Shown piece after piece: positions 16,180 to 24,045 of a DNA stretch of 35,570 nt. The notes below the pieces were generated by a model. That model did not search any database and was not told where the DNA came from. It worked only from the letters and a program-made list of their open reading frames with translations. The DNA lies in the IMG/VR virus record IMGVR_UViG_3300023261_000005, positions 1 to 35,570 of that record. One strand, written 5' to 3'. Source of the stretch: a virus (Duplodnaviria; Caudoviricetes). The stretch's first letter is position 1; each line of letters opens with the position of its first letter. A program made the position numbers and the translations under genes.

Positions 16180-16511
16180 CGGTCGGCGGACGACTTCTCG
16201 ATGATCCAGTCCACGATCCCCTCCTCATTGTCGTCGTCACCACCCGCGAGAAGGTCGAAGGAGACGACCCCTTTGGCGACGAGCTCTCGCAGACGCTGAT
16301 ACCCGTCCCCCTGCAGGACACCTCGGAGGAAGCGGAAGACTGCCCCAACAGCCTGCACGCCTTCGCTCTCATCCATTGCCGCGACGACCAGAGCCATCTG
16401 CCCGACGGATGCCTTGTTGGCGACAAACTCCTGGCCGGCGAGGGCGAACTCAAGGACTTGAGCCTCTTCCCCCTCGACTTCAGCCGTGGCCGCAGCCGCG
16501 AACTCTTTCAT
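16062..16511 (-). CDS. tail assembly chaperone (gpG-like)
   Basis: Position before tape measure, SD GGAGAGG, EF.LAGQEF motif, Ser/Gly-rich tail after RPT. Confidence 0.85.
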   Translation of the reverse strand: MKEFAAAATAEVEGEEAQVLEFALAGQEFVANKASVGQMALVVAAMDESEGVQAVGAVFRFLRGVLQGDGYQRLRELVAKGVVSFDLLAGGDDDNEEGIVDWIIEKSSADRPTKRPTDYLPSQASGGQKSTGRSRGQGSIPSSSARAAS

Positions 16512-16549
16512 GGATCCCTCTCCGTGCGGACGCCCGCCCGCTCGTGCAG

Positions 16550-16578
16550 AGAGTATCCCACTATCAACGAAGCGTCGA
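16550..16578 (-). promoter_or_regulatory. putative sigma70-like promoter TCGACG-N17-TACTCT upstream of the chaperone
   Basis: Lies in an intergenic gap; same -35 hexamer and spacing as the site upstream of portal. Confidence 0.4.
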
Positions 16579-16583
16579 CTGGG

Positions 16584-17057
16584 TCAGAACTTATTGACGG
16601 CCTTGTAGACGGCGCGTTGCAGCCAATGTGGCCTTACGTCGTAGTGCGGCCCGACCGAACGTGGATAGATGAAGCCCTGGCTACTGCCCGAGGTGGAACC
16701 CTTGCCGCTGCGCAAGCCGCCGTTGACATGGATACGTGGCACCTGCAGACCGTTGCGCGGACCACCCGAGGCGAATGCGGGGCCACGACGCCAAGCGTAC
16801 CGAGCGTACGATGCGGTGTTCTCGAGGACGACCTGACCAAGGTACTTGCCGGCGCGGAGGTAGCCACGGTGCCTATTCTGCTCACGCAGGTGCTCGGACT
16901 TCCAGGGTCGAGGATCAGGCAGCAGCTTGTTAGGAGTTTCCTCCTTGGCAATCGCCACGACCTTCCTCGCGAACCTCTCGCTAAACCTCGCTACGTTCTT
17001 GCTTTTAGCGAAGAGCTCGGCAAGTCGCGTCTCATAGACAGTTGCGACGTGCGCCAT
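16584..17057 (-). CDS. neck/tail completion protein (HK97 gp10-like by inference)
   Basis: Start re-called at 17057 (TAATG overlap); basic; AKEETP...NTASYARY...RPHWLQRA pattern. Confidence 0.6.
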   Translation of the reverse strand: MAHVATVYETRLAELFAKSKNVARFSERFARKVVAIAKEETPNKLLPDPRPWKSEHLREQNRHRGYLRAGKYLGQVVLENTASYARYAWRRGPAFASGGPRNGLQVPRIHVNGGLRSGKGSTSGSSQGFIYPRSVGPHYDVRPHWLQRAVYKAVNKF

Positions 17058-17563
17058 TAGAGCTCCACGGTGATCGTCCAGATGGCAGCAAGACAGCCGC
17101 CACCAGCGGGGATCGGAGTGTACTCGCCGAGAACGTAGCCTGTCTCCCTGTCCGCGCCGAAGCAGCAGGCAAGCGTCCGCCACATGGCGTCCATCGAGGC
17201 CATCTGGCGGAAGGTGGCGTTGTACTGCTGCTGAACGCTCGGCGGCGTGCCGTCGTCACTGGGAGTTGGTGCGCACTGAGCGTGCCCGATCTCAATCACT
17301 GCGGCACGGCCAGTGCCGCAGCGAGCGTTCTCCGCGGCGGTCGGAAAGTCAACTGTCGCAAAGACAGAGACCACGCGGACCCAGCCCTGACCGCCACACC
17401 CCTCGGTATCACAGTCGCCGCCACAGAAGTCCAGGGGGACTTCACCGCCGGGCATGAGTCCGCAGAAGCACATGGCGAATCCTGCCGCCTCGAGTTCCGA
17501 GCAGAGACAGGCGGAGAGCTCGGTGATCACAGGGAGCAATGCCCCCTCCTCGCGCATGTGCAT
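17057..17563 (-). CDS. tail terminator / head-tail connector protein (Cys-rich, cluster B-like)
   Basis: TGATG overlap start; C...GQGWVR...EIG..QC.P...P..GGC...W motifs; synteny. Confidence 0.7.
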   Translation of the reverse strand: MHMREEGALLPVITELSACLCSELEAAGFAMCFCGLMPGGEVPLDFCGGDCDTEGCGGQGWVRVVSVFATVDFPTAAENARCGTGRAAVIEIGHAQCAPTPSDDGTPPSVQQQYNATFRQMASMDAMWRTLACCFGADRETGYVLGEYTPIPAGGGCLAAIWTITVEL

Positions 17564-18480
17564 CAGCGGCTCCACGTCGTCTGTCGAGGACGGCGAATCG
17601 TCTGCGGTGACGAGATGGTCGGGGCCATCTTCAGCCCGTACGGGTTGTACCGAGCGATGAGTGCGTCCACCTCGGGAATCCCGGTCGTCCCCTCAGAGAA
17701 TAGGTTCTGCTCGATCTGATAGCTGACGCCCTGCCGCGAGACATTCCGAACCCCGCGCGGCAACCTGCAGGTCTTGTCGCTGGTGCACGCCTTGAACCAC
17801 TCGACGGCAAGCAGGCCAGCGATCCAGAGTAGGACCACATCTGGGGCTGCGCCGCGGTAGTACGTCACGCTGAACGCATCGACGCCGTGAGCATCCTGAG
17901 CCATGTCCTGGCACGTCGGCCAGCACTCACCGTCGGTGCGCACCAGCCGCGTGCCGTTGTCGACACGGTACGCCGTGGGATCCAGCAGTGCGCCGTTCAG
18001 CCAGACCTCGAGGATGTCACCGACCGGGCCAGGGAGAATGGCTTCGCACAACGTGCCGCACGAGCAGTCCGTGGAGCAGCCGCAGCTGTTGACCCACTGA
18101 CCTTGGACTCCGACATGCGGATTGAAACCGGCCCGGCCGGTTTGGACCCCAGCATAGTGACCGCTGAACCCGGCCGGAGCAGCAAGATACACGCCACCCC
18201 CGGTGCACCCCGCCTTGCAGGGGCGCACGGTGATCGGACAGGTGCCGACCTGGTCGGCGGTGAGTGCGGCGAGGGTCATCCAGGCGAGCGCCTCGGAACG
18301 CTCCATCACTGCGAGCACCTCGGGCTTCTCGCGCATGTCGTCCAGCTGGTCGAGGGTGTACGCGCATCCCCAGTCGGCCCCAGGTGGGTAGCAGACGGCA
18401 GATGGCGACCGCGATGTGCTTGTGGCAACCGGGTCGAAGGCTGTGGAGAACGCCGTGGAGAACTCATCAACAGGAGTCAT
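17563..18480 (-). CDS. head-to-tail adaptor (Cys-rich)
   Basis: CPITVRPC, CGC...CSC, YRVDNG.RLVR.DG.CWP.CQD, CRLP.GV..VSRQGVS, TGIPEVD...YNP motifs; start re-called at 18480 (ATGA). Confidence 0.85.
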   Translation of the reverse strand: MTPVDEFSTAFSTAFDPVATSTSRSPSAVCYPPGADWGCAYTLDQLDDMREKPEVLAVMERSEALAWMTLAALTADQVGTCPITVRPCKAGCTGGGVYLAAPAGFSGHYAGVQTGRAGFNPHVGVQGQWVNSCGCSTDCSCGTLCEAILPGPVGDILEVWLNGALLDPTAYRVDNGTRLVRTDGECWPTCQDMAQDAHGVDAFSVTYYRGAAPDVVLLWIAGLLAVEWFKACTSDKTCRLPRGVRNVSRQGVSYQIEQNLFSEGTTGIPEVDALIARYNPYGLKMAPTISSPQTIRRPRQTTWSR

Positions 18481-18929
18481 AGCAGCCTCACAAGGACGGT
18501 GACGGTGACCTTCTCGTTGTTGGCCGGGGCGGGGCCGACCCATGAATCGACGGTGACGGGGATCGACCGGTACGAACCGTTGTCCACCGACGGTGCGGTG
18601 ATCGTGGTGCGGAGGATGCCGCCCTGCGCTCCCGACAGCCAGACCTGGCCGCCGTCCGATGCGTCGAACAGGTTGAAGACGAGCGTGTAGCCGTCCGACG
18701 TCGTCTCGTTGATGTCAATCTCGGTGACACTGTCGTCCCAGGCGAGATTGCTGGTGATGACCTTGCCGGTGCTCGGCGAGCCGCCGGTCGTCGACCAGGC
18801 GTACGAGAATGTCTGGGCGTAGGTGTTCGCCGCATGGAAGAGTTCGGTGACGATGACGCGCAGGTCCGCTGCGTCGATCGCCCCCACCGAGTTGTCGGGG
18901 AGCAAGGCGAGCATCTCTTCGAGTGTCAT
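18477..18929 (-). CDS. hypothetical structural protein (LPDNxxGAIxAADLR N-terminus)
   Basis: ORF track; coupled to neighbours; beta-rich C-terminal domain. Confidence 0.7.
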   Translation of the reverse strand: MTLEEMLALLPDNSVGAIDAADLRVIVTELFHAANTYAQTFSYAWSTTGGSPSTGKVITSNLAWDDSVTEIDINETTSDGYTLVFNLFDASDGGQVWLSGAQGGILRTTITAPSVDNGSYRSIPVTVDSWVGPAPANNEKVTVTVLVRLL

Positions 18930-18932
18930 GTC

Positions 18933-19226
18933 CTACCCCAGGTCCGTGATGATGCGGAGGTTCTCGTAGTGATCGGTGGGTGCGGTGATGCGCTCGCCGT
19001 TGCGGGTGATCTCGAGCTCTACGCGATAGTCCGCGACCGGCAGGAGCCCGGTCGTGATGTGCTCGACGATCCCCGCCGGGGCGTCGATCACGGTGTGCTC
19101 GAGTTCGACCACCGGGGCATTCGGCCGCCGCGCGAGCAGTCGCGTGGTGGCGTCGGTGAGATCCAGACTCGCCTGCCACGTCGTGCGCACGTTGTCGTGC
19201 TGCTTCACTGTCACCACACGCCTCAT
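18933..19226 (-). CDS. small structural protein, BppU N-terminal-like domain
   Basis: DLTDAT.RL...IDAPAGIV...Y.VELEIT..G..IT.PT pattern. Confidence 0.6.
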   Translation of the reverse strand: MRRVVTVKQHDNVRTTWQASLDLTDATTRLLARRPNAPVVELEHTVIDAPAGIVEHITTGLLPVADYRVELEITRNGERITAPTDHYENLRIITDLG

Positions 19227-20503
19227 GGTAGAGCCTCCAAGTCGAGAATCTCAGTGCTCCCGACCAGGTGCAGTACGGGCGCGTTGCCGGTCAGTTGCAG
19301 CACCGGCGCATCGGGGTACAGGAACAGCGGCGGGTCCGGGAATCCGCCGGCACCAGGGCGGACGCGGATGGTGATCTCGCCGTACACGGCGGAGACGATC
19401 GCAACCACGCCCTGCACCGCGAGCCTGGTCGTGATCGCCCCCGCGAGCGCGGAGACAATCGGCACTGTGCCCGACACCATGCGCACCGCGGTGATGTTGC
19501 CCGAGGCTCGACTGACGATGGTGACGGCGCCGGCCATTGTTGTCTGCCGAATGATGTCGCCCTCGACAGCGCTGTGAATGGCCACGACGCCCGCGACAGC
19601 GAGGCGACCACTCACAGCACCGGCCACCGACGAGACGATCCCAACGGCGCCCGCCATGCCGACGACCGTGGAGAGGGTACCGGTCGCCCCGCTCGTCACG
19701 GCGGAGACGCCCGCCATGCTGACCGGCCCGGTCGAGATGGTGATGTCCCCTACTACAGCGCTGGTCAGGGCGACGGTCCCGGACAGTAGCTGAGGCGGGG
19801 GTGCCACCGAGGTGAGAACGCCCGACGCCGCAGAGGCAATCGCGACCGTGCCGCTGAACGGGAACACGCCACGGTTTGGCACTGCCAGGGTCCAGCCAAT
19901 CGCGTTCGCGATGTTCGGATCGGCGCCAGGATTGATGTTCGTGCCGGCAGGCTTTTGCGGTGATTGCGTCGACCAAATCGCACGTTGCAGGGGGTCAAGC
20001 ACGCCCACCTGGGTGACGTAGTTAGACCACGGTCCAGGAGTTGTTGGGGTGGTCGGAGCGCCGCCTACCGTCGTTGGGTCGGGGCCAACTCCGTACGCCA
20101 GGGCGGCGTATTCGGTATAGGGCGTGACGGTCAGCGCCGGGTAGACACCGTTCGCTGTCGCTGGGCTGTATCTCAGCGCTCCGGGGAGCGAGGTGAGCGA
20201 GTGACCTCGGAACGCATACGCAATGTACTGCGCCCATGCGGAGGCGGAGGTGGTTACCGTCACCGTCTCGGCACTACTCGTGGCGATGCGCCCAATCCCC
20301 ATCGCTCCCATAGGCGCCGCAGCTGACACGCCCACCTGGAGCCGTGTCCATCCTGCGGGGGCTACCAGAGTCTCCGCCACGCCTATCGAGAAGATGACGT
20401 AGAGGAAGTCCCCGGCCTCGTGTGCGGGCAGGGTGACCGGCGTGCTAGTGACTGCCGATGCACTGGCGCCGCTCGTTCTCCCGACAATCGTGGGGAATGC
20501 CAC
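19223..20503 (-). CDS. putative fibre protein: N-terminal globular domain + eight ~20-aa repeats
   Basis: TLPAHEAGDFLY...PAGWT N-terminal domain; repeats xGxVAIxSAxxGxI. Confidence 0.7.
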   Translation of the reverse strand: MAFPTIVGRTSGASASAVTSTPVTLPAHEAGDFLYVIFSIGVAETLVAPAGWTRLQVGVSAAAPMGAMGIGRIATSSAETVTVTTSASAWAQYIAYAFRGHSLTSLPGALRYSPATANGVYPALTVTPYTEYAALAYGVGPDPTTVGGAPTTPTTPGPWSNYVTQVGVLDPLQRAIWSTQSPQKPAGTNINPGADPNIANAIGWTLAVPNRGVFPFSGTVAIASAASGVLTSVAPPPQLLSGTVALTSAVVGDITISTGPVSMAGVSAVTSGATGTLSTVVGMAGAVGIVSSVAGAVSGRLAVAGVVAIHSAVEGDIIRQTTMAGAVTIVSRASGNITAVRMVSGTVPIVSALAGAITTRLAVQGVVAIVSAVYGEITIRVRPGAGGFPDPPLFLYPDAPVLQLTGNAPVLHLVGSTEILDLEALP

Positions 20504-20535
20504 TGGCTGTCACCCCCTTCGGGAGAACCTCGCGA

Positions 20536-20910
20536 TCAGTCGAGTGTGATCTGCAGCGCTCCGGCCGCCCACTGCGCCGAGTCGCTGACCGCGAGCGTGC
20601 GGGAAGTGATGAGGGCGGTCCAGTCCGTCTTCTGCGTGCCCGCCGTCGCGGCCGAGAAGACCGCGAAGTGCGTCACGGTCACGGGCCCCGTGGCCGGTGC
20701 GGTGGTCAGGACCGCGTTGTTCGCCTTGACCGACGGGGTGGCGGCCGTCGCAGCCGCCCACCCCGTCGCTCCTACGGCCGTGCGCGCGAGCGAGGCCGTC
20801 TCTGATGTGCCGTTCGCGGAGTACGCGATGTGGTCGGTCGCCCCCGTCGTCGGGAACAGGATGGCGCTGTCGAGCACCTGCTGCTGTAACGCCGGGGTCA
20901 GACCTGCCAT
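20536..20910 (-). CDS. small phage fibre-associated structural protein (124 aa)
   Basis: NNA.L...A...TVTHFAVF.AATAG...L..SRTL...D...W.AGAL.ITLD motif widespread in phage fibre modules. Confidence 0.7.
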   Translation of the reverse strand: MAGLTPALQQQVLDSAILFPTTGATDHIAYSANGTSETASLARTAVGATGWAAATAATPSVKANNAVLTTAPATGPVTVTHFAVFSAATAGTQKTDWTALITSRTLAVSDSAQWAAGALQITLD

Positions 20911-20931
20911 GATGCGCTCCTAGTTCTCGGG

Positions 20932-22191
20932 TCAGACCGGGTTGACCGTCGCGGACACCCACTTGTTGTTCTGGGTGGCCTTCACGGTGTAGGCGCCTGC
21001 CGACGGGTAGACGTGCGTGGTCGTGCCAGGCGCGGCCACGTAGTCCCAGGTGCCGTCCCCGAAGTCGTACCAGACCGGGCCGGTCGCCGCAGGCGTGACC
21101 GTCAGCGCGACCGAGAGCCCCGTCACGACGCCGGCAACGGCGGTGAGCGACGGCAGACCCGGGTCGAGCAGGGGACGCGCACCACAGGCGGATGCCGGCG
21201 GCTCGAGGTCGACGATGATCGTGCGGAGGGCCGCCGTGGACGAGATCGACGTGGACATCACGCTCGACGCCGGGACGACGCCAGGCGTGATCGTGCTGAT
21301 CGTGATCGTCGGCGTGGCGCCGCCCGTGAAGGTGCCCGTTGCCGTCATGGCCACGACGTCCTTGCCGGCGAGCGTGCCGCCGAACGTGAACGTGTACGGA
21401 GTGCCGGGGCCGGGGCCACCGCTGACCGTGACATCGCCGGGAGCCAGGTTGTTCAGCGCCTCGAGCGCGGTCTGGACCGCACCCGCCGTCGCGTTGTACG
21501 CGATGGCCGACGTGGTCGACCCCGAGTAGGTCAGCGTGAACGTGCCACCGGTGGGGACACCGGTGATCGTCGCGCGCTGGACCTCGTTGACGCCTGTGGG
21601 CGACAGCATGACGGGGTACGGACCCTTGCCCCAGGCGTTGCCTTCCTTGGTGTTCGCGCCGGTCAGCGTGAACGTGACGGCGCCGTTCTCCACGGTGAAG
21701 TCACCGAGGATGCCGCCGTGCAGGTAGGGCAGGAGCAGGTAGCCGTACGCGCCCTGTGCGCCCGCGGTGGAGCAGGCATCGCCGGTGGGCGACCCTGCCC
21801 AGAGCTCGAGCGCGAAGTTCGAGTTCTCGAGCGAGATGTTGGGGTCCACGTCGAAGCCGATGACGGTCGTTCCGTCACCGCCGAGCACGACGGGCTGGCC
21901 GGTGACCAGCGCGAAGAGTTCGGGGTCGACCTCACAGAACGAGATCTCCACGCCGTAGCCGGTGAGCGACGTGACCGACGGCTCGAACACGCAGATGTCG
22001 CCTGCGGCGTTCGTGACGCTGATCTCGTCCGAGTCCGTGGTGTTCGCGGTGAATGCGACACTGATGAACCCCTTGGAGACGACCTGCGAGTCGTCTCCGT
22101 AGACGGGGCGCCCACAGCCGTCAAGCTGCGTCACACGGATGCGACGGCCCTTGACCAGCGACAGGCACCGGGTAGTGTGCGTTGCCATCAT
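20932..22191 (-). CDS. major tail protein with an inserted Ig-like domain and a C-terminal PKD domain
   Basis: GRRIRVT.LD.CG.P...GF.SV...NAAG..C...FCEVDP core; NEVQ...PTGGTFTL...AIAYNA...VQTALEAL insert; WYDFGDG...HVY...G.YTV (PKD). Confidence 0.9.
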   Translation of the reverse strand: MMATHTTRCLSLVKGRRIRVTQLDGCGRPVYGDDSQVVSKGFISVAFTANTTDSDEISVTNAAGDICVFEPSVTSLTGYGVEISFCEVDPELFALVTGQPVVLGGDGTTVIGFDVDPNISLENSNFALELWAGSPTGDACSTAGAQGAYGYLLLPYLHGGILGDFTVENGAVTFTLTGANTKEGNAWGKGPYPVMLSPTGVNEVQRATITGVPTGGTFTLTYSGSTTSAIAYNATAGAVQTALEALNNLAPGDVTVSGGPGPGTPYTFTFGGTLAGKDVVAMTATGTFTGGATPTITISTITPGVVPASSVMSTSISSTAALRTIIVDLEPPASACGARPLLDPGLPSLTAVAGVVTGLSVALTVTPAATGPVWYDFGDGTWDYVAAPGTTTHVYPSAGAYTVKATQNNKWVSATVNPV

Positions 22192-22523
22192 TCCTCCTTG
22201 GTGTCTGCCGTGCTGATTGCAGCGAGCATGTCGGCCTTCTTTGTGGCGCCTCCGAGATCGACCCCGTGGGCCTCAGCCCAGGCTTCGATGTCGGCGTTCT
22301 TCCAATCGGAAGTCGGTGCATCGTCGGCTTCGGCGTCCGCCTCTGCCTCCGCGATCTCGCCGTGGAACGCCTTGAGCACGGCGTCTGGCACGAGGTAGCC
22401 CTCTTTCACAGCCTCGACGAGCGACGTACTGACGCCTGCCGCCTCGGCGGCGGCGAGCGCGGCGCGCGCGTTCTCGCTGCTGCGGCCGGCGATGATGCCG
22501 TAGCCCTCTGGGATGTCAGTCAT
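22188..22523 (-). CDS. hypothetical virion protein with C-terminal HeH/LEM-like motif
   Basis: WKNADIEAWAEAHGVDLGGATKKADMLAAI; coupled to neighbours. Confidence 0.7.
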   Translation of the reverse strand: MTDIPEGYGIIAGRSSENARAALAAAEAAGVSTSLVEAVKEGYLVPDAVLKAFHGEIAEAEADAEADDAPTSDWKNADIEAWAEAHGVDLGGATKKADMLAAISTADTKEE

Positions 22524-23977
22524 CAGTCCTCCTCAGCGATTGCGGCGAGGATCAGTGCGAGGATCTCGGCCTTGTGTGCGCCGGACGGGATAGCGATCGG
22601 CGGCTCGTGGTCGGCGGCGAACTGCCGGAGCTCACCGACGGTCCAGCCGTCGTCGACGAGGGTGTGGAGAATGACCTCCACGACGTTCGAGTCCTCGAAC
22701 CCCGGGGACGAGGACCAGATCTTGACGCGGTCGCCCGACACCAGCCCGGTCGTGTCGATCGCGACACCCCAGGACGAGGGGCCGTTCTGCGACGCCACTT
22801 GGAGGATCGCCGGGCCGCCGTTGATCGAGTGGTACTGGGACAGCTCCGAGATCAGTCCATAGGTGGGATTGGTGCTCGGGTAGATCGGCTGGCCGACCAC
22901 CTCGCCGCTGTAGTCCAGGATCAGTCCGAGGGCCACCTCGACGGTGTGCTCGTTGCTGTAGAGCTCACTCCCGATTGGCCCCGAGACAGCGCGGTAAGTG
23001 CGCGTCTCATCGCGGGAGACGTCGATGTGGAACTTGGTCGCCGTGATCTTCTGTGCCGAGAACCTGGGGAGGAAGTCCGCATCCGTGGGCGTCTTCCACT
23101 GGTAGTCCACGTAGTCCTGCGACTCCTTGGTGACCAGCGTGAGGTACTGAGGCTGCCCGTCCTGAGGATCGACGAAGACCGGGCCGGTCAGTGTGCCGAG
23201 CGGGCCGCTGACCACACCGCCGCCGCCGCCGCCATCGGTGACCGTCACGTCGTAGTGCAGCGCGAAGTTGCAGTCCACGGCGATGCCGTAGGCACGCTCC
23301 GCGAGCGCGAGTTCCTGGTTGACCGTGGGGTCGTACGCCGTCGACGTGGTGAGGCCGCTGGCGTAGACCGTGATCCAGCCGAACACGATCAGCGCCGTGT
23401 CGGAGGCCGCCGCGGACGCGATGATCGGCGTTCCGTTGACGGTCCAGAGGTTGCCCTCCTCGTCGCCGAAGATCGCCTTGGCCGCGCGCGCCTGCGCCGC
23501 CACGAAGCGGGACACCATGATGACCGGACGGCCGACGTACAGCGTGTCCGCCGCCTCGTCAGCCTGGCCGAATGCGGCGACCCAGGATGTCTGGGCAGGA
23601 CCGGTGCCGCCGGCACTCATCCCGTACTCCCAGAGCACCTCTTCAACGCCCCGGGCCTCGCCAGCCTCAAGCTGTGCGCGAGCGCGCTCGGCGTAGTCGG
23701 TGTCGTTGCCGAGGTAGCACTGCACCCCGGCATAGAGCGCGAAGACAGGGCCGTCGCCAACCGCGATGCCGCTGAATGTCTTGTTGCCGGTGACCGGGAT
23801 CGCTGCGTAGCAGAGCCCCGGGGCAGCCTTGGGGAAGTCGCAGTCGTCAGCGACCCACTGCAAGTTCGTCGCGACTGCCAGACGCTCGGCTGAGACGAAG
23901 TCGCCGATGACGGACTTGATTCCTCCGCGTCGGTCCTTGCGAACGGGAGTCGGAACGGTCGTAGTCGGGTTCGACAT
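22523..23977 (-). CDS. major capsid pentamer protein with long C-terminal extension
   Basis: Directly after the hexamer gene; F.LYAGV.C...A...L..GE...VE..LW...L.T.NGTP...N....LAER.Y...DC core; start re-called at ATG 23977 on SD spacing. Confidence 0.75.
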   Translation of the reverse strand: MSNPTTTVPTPVRKDRRGGIKSVIGDFVSAERLAVATNLQWVADDCDFPKAAPGLCYAAIPVTGNKTFSGIAVGDGPVFALYAGVQCYLGNDTDYAERARAQLEAGEARGVEEVLWEYGMSAGGTGPAQTSWVAAFGQADEAADTLYVGRPVIMVSRFVAAQARAAKAIFGDEEGNLWTVNGTPIIASAAASDTALIVFGWITVYASGLTTSTAYDPTVNQELALAERAYGIAVDCNFALHYDVTVTDGGGGGGVVSGPLGTLTGPVFVDPQDGQPQYLTLVTKESQDYVDYQWKTPTDADFLPRFSAQKITATKFHIDVSRDETRTYRAVSGPIGSELYSNEHTVEVALGLILDYSGEVVGQPIYPSTNPTYGLISELSQYHSINGGPAILQVASQNGPSSWGVAIDTTGLVSGDRVKIWSSSPGFEDSNVVEVILHTLVDDGWTVGELRQFAADHEPPIAIPSGAHKAEILALILAAIAEED

Positions 23978-24002
23978 CTTGCCCACCTCCTCTCAGGAGT
24001 GG

Positions 24003-24042
24003 ATTCCGGGGGTCACGCCGGGCGAGCCGTGACCCCCGGAAT
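24003..24042. terminator. perfect 15-bp hairpin between hexamer and pentamer genes (attenuator or mRNA stabiliser)
   Basis: ATTCCGGGGGTCACG / CGTGACCCCCGGAAT, 10-nt loop, no U-tract. Confidence 0.6.
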
Positions 24043-24045
24043 TAC

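Noticed and set aside
15959-16453. ORF-track 164-aa frame as the second chaperone product
   Set aside because: Low-complexity translation; the other (-1) frame ending at 15892 carries the protein-like sequence.
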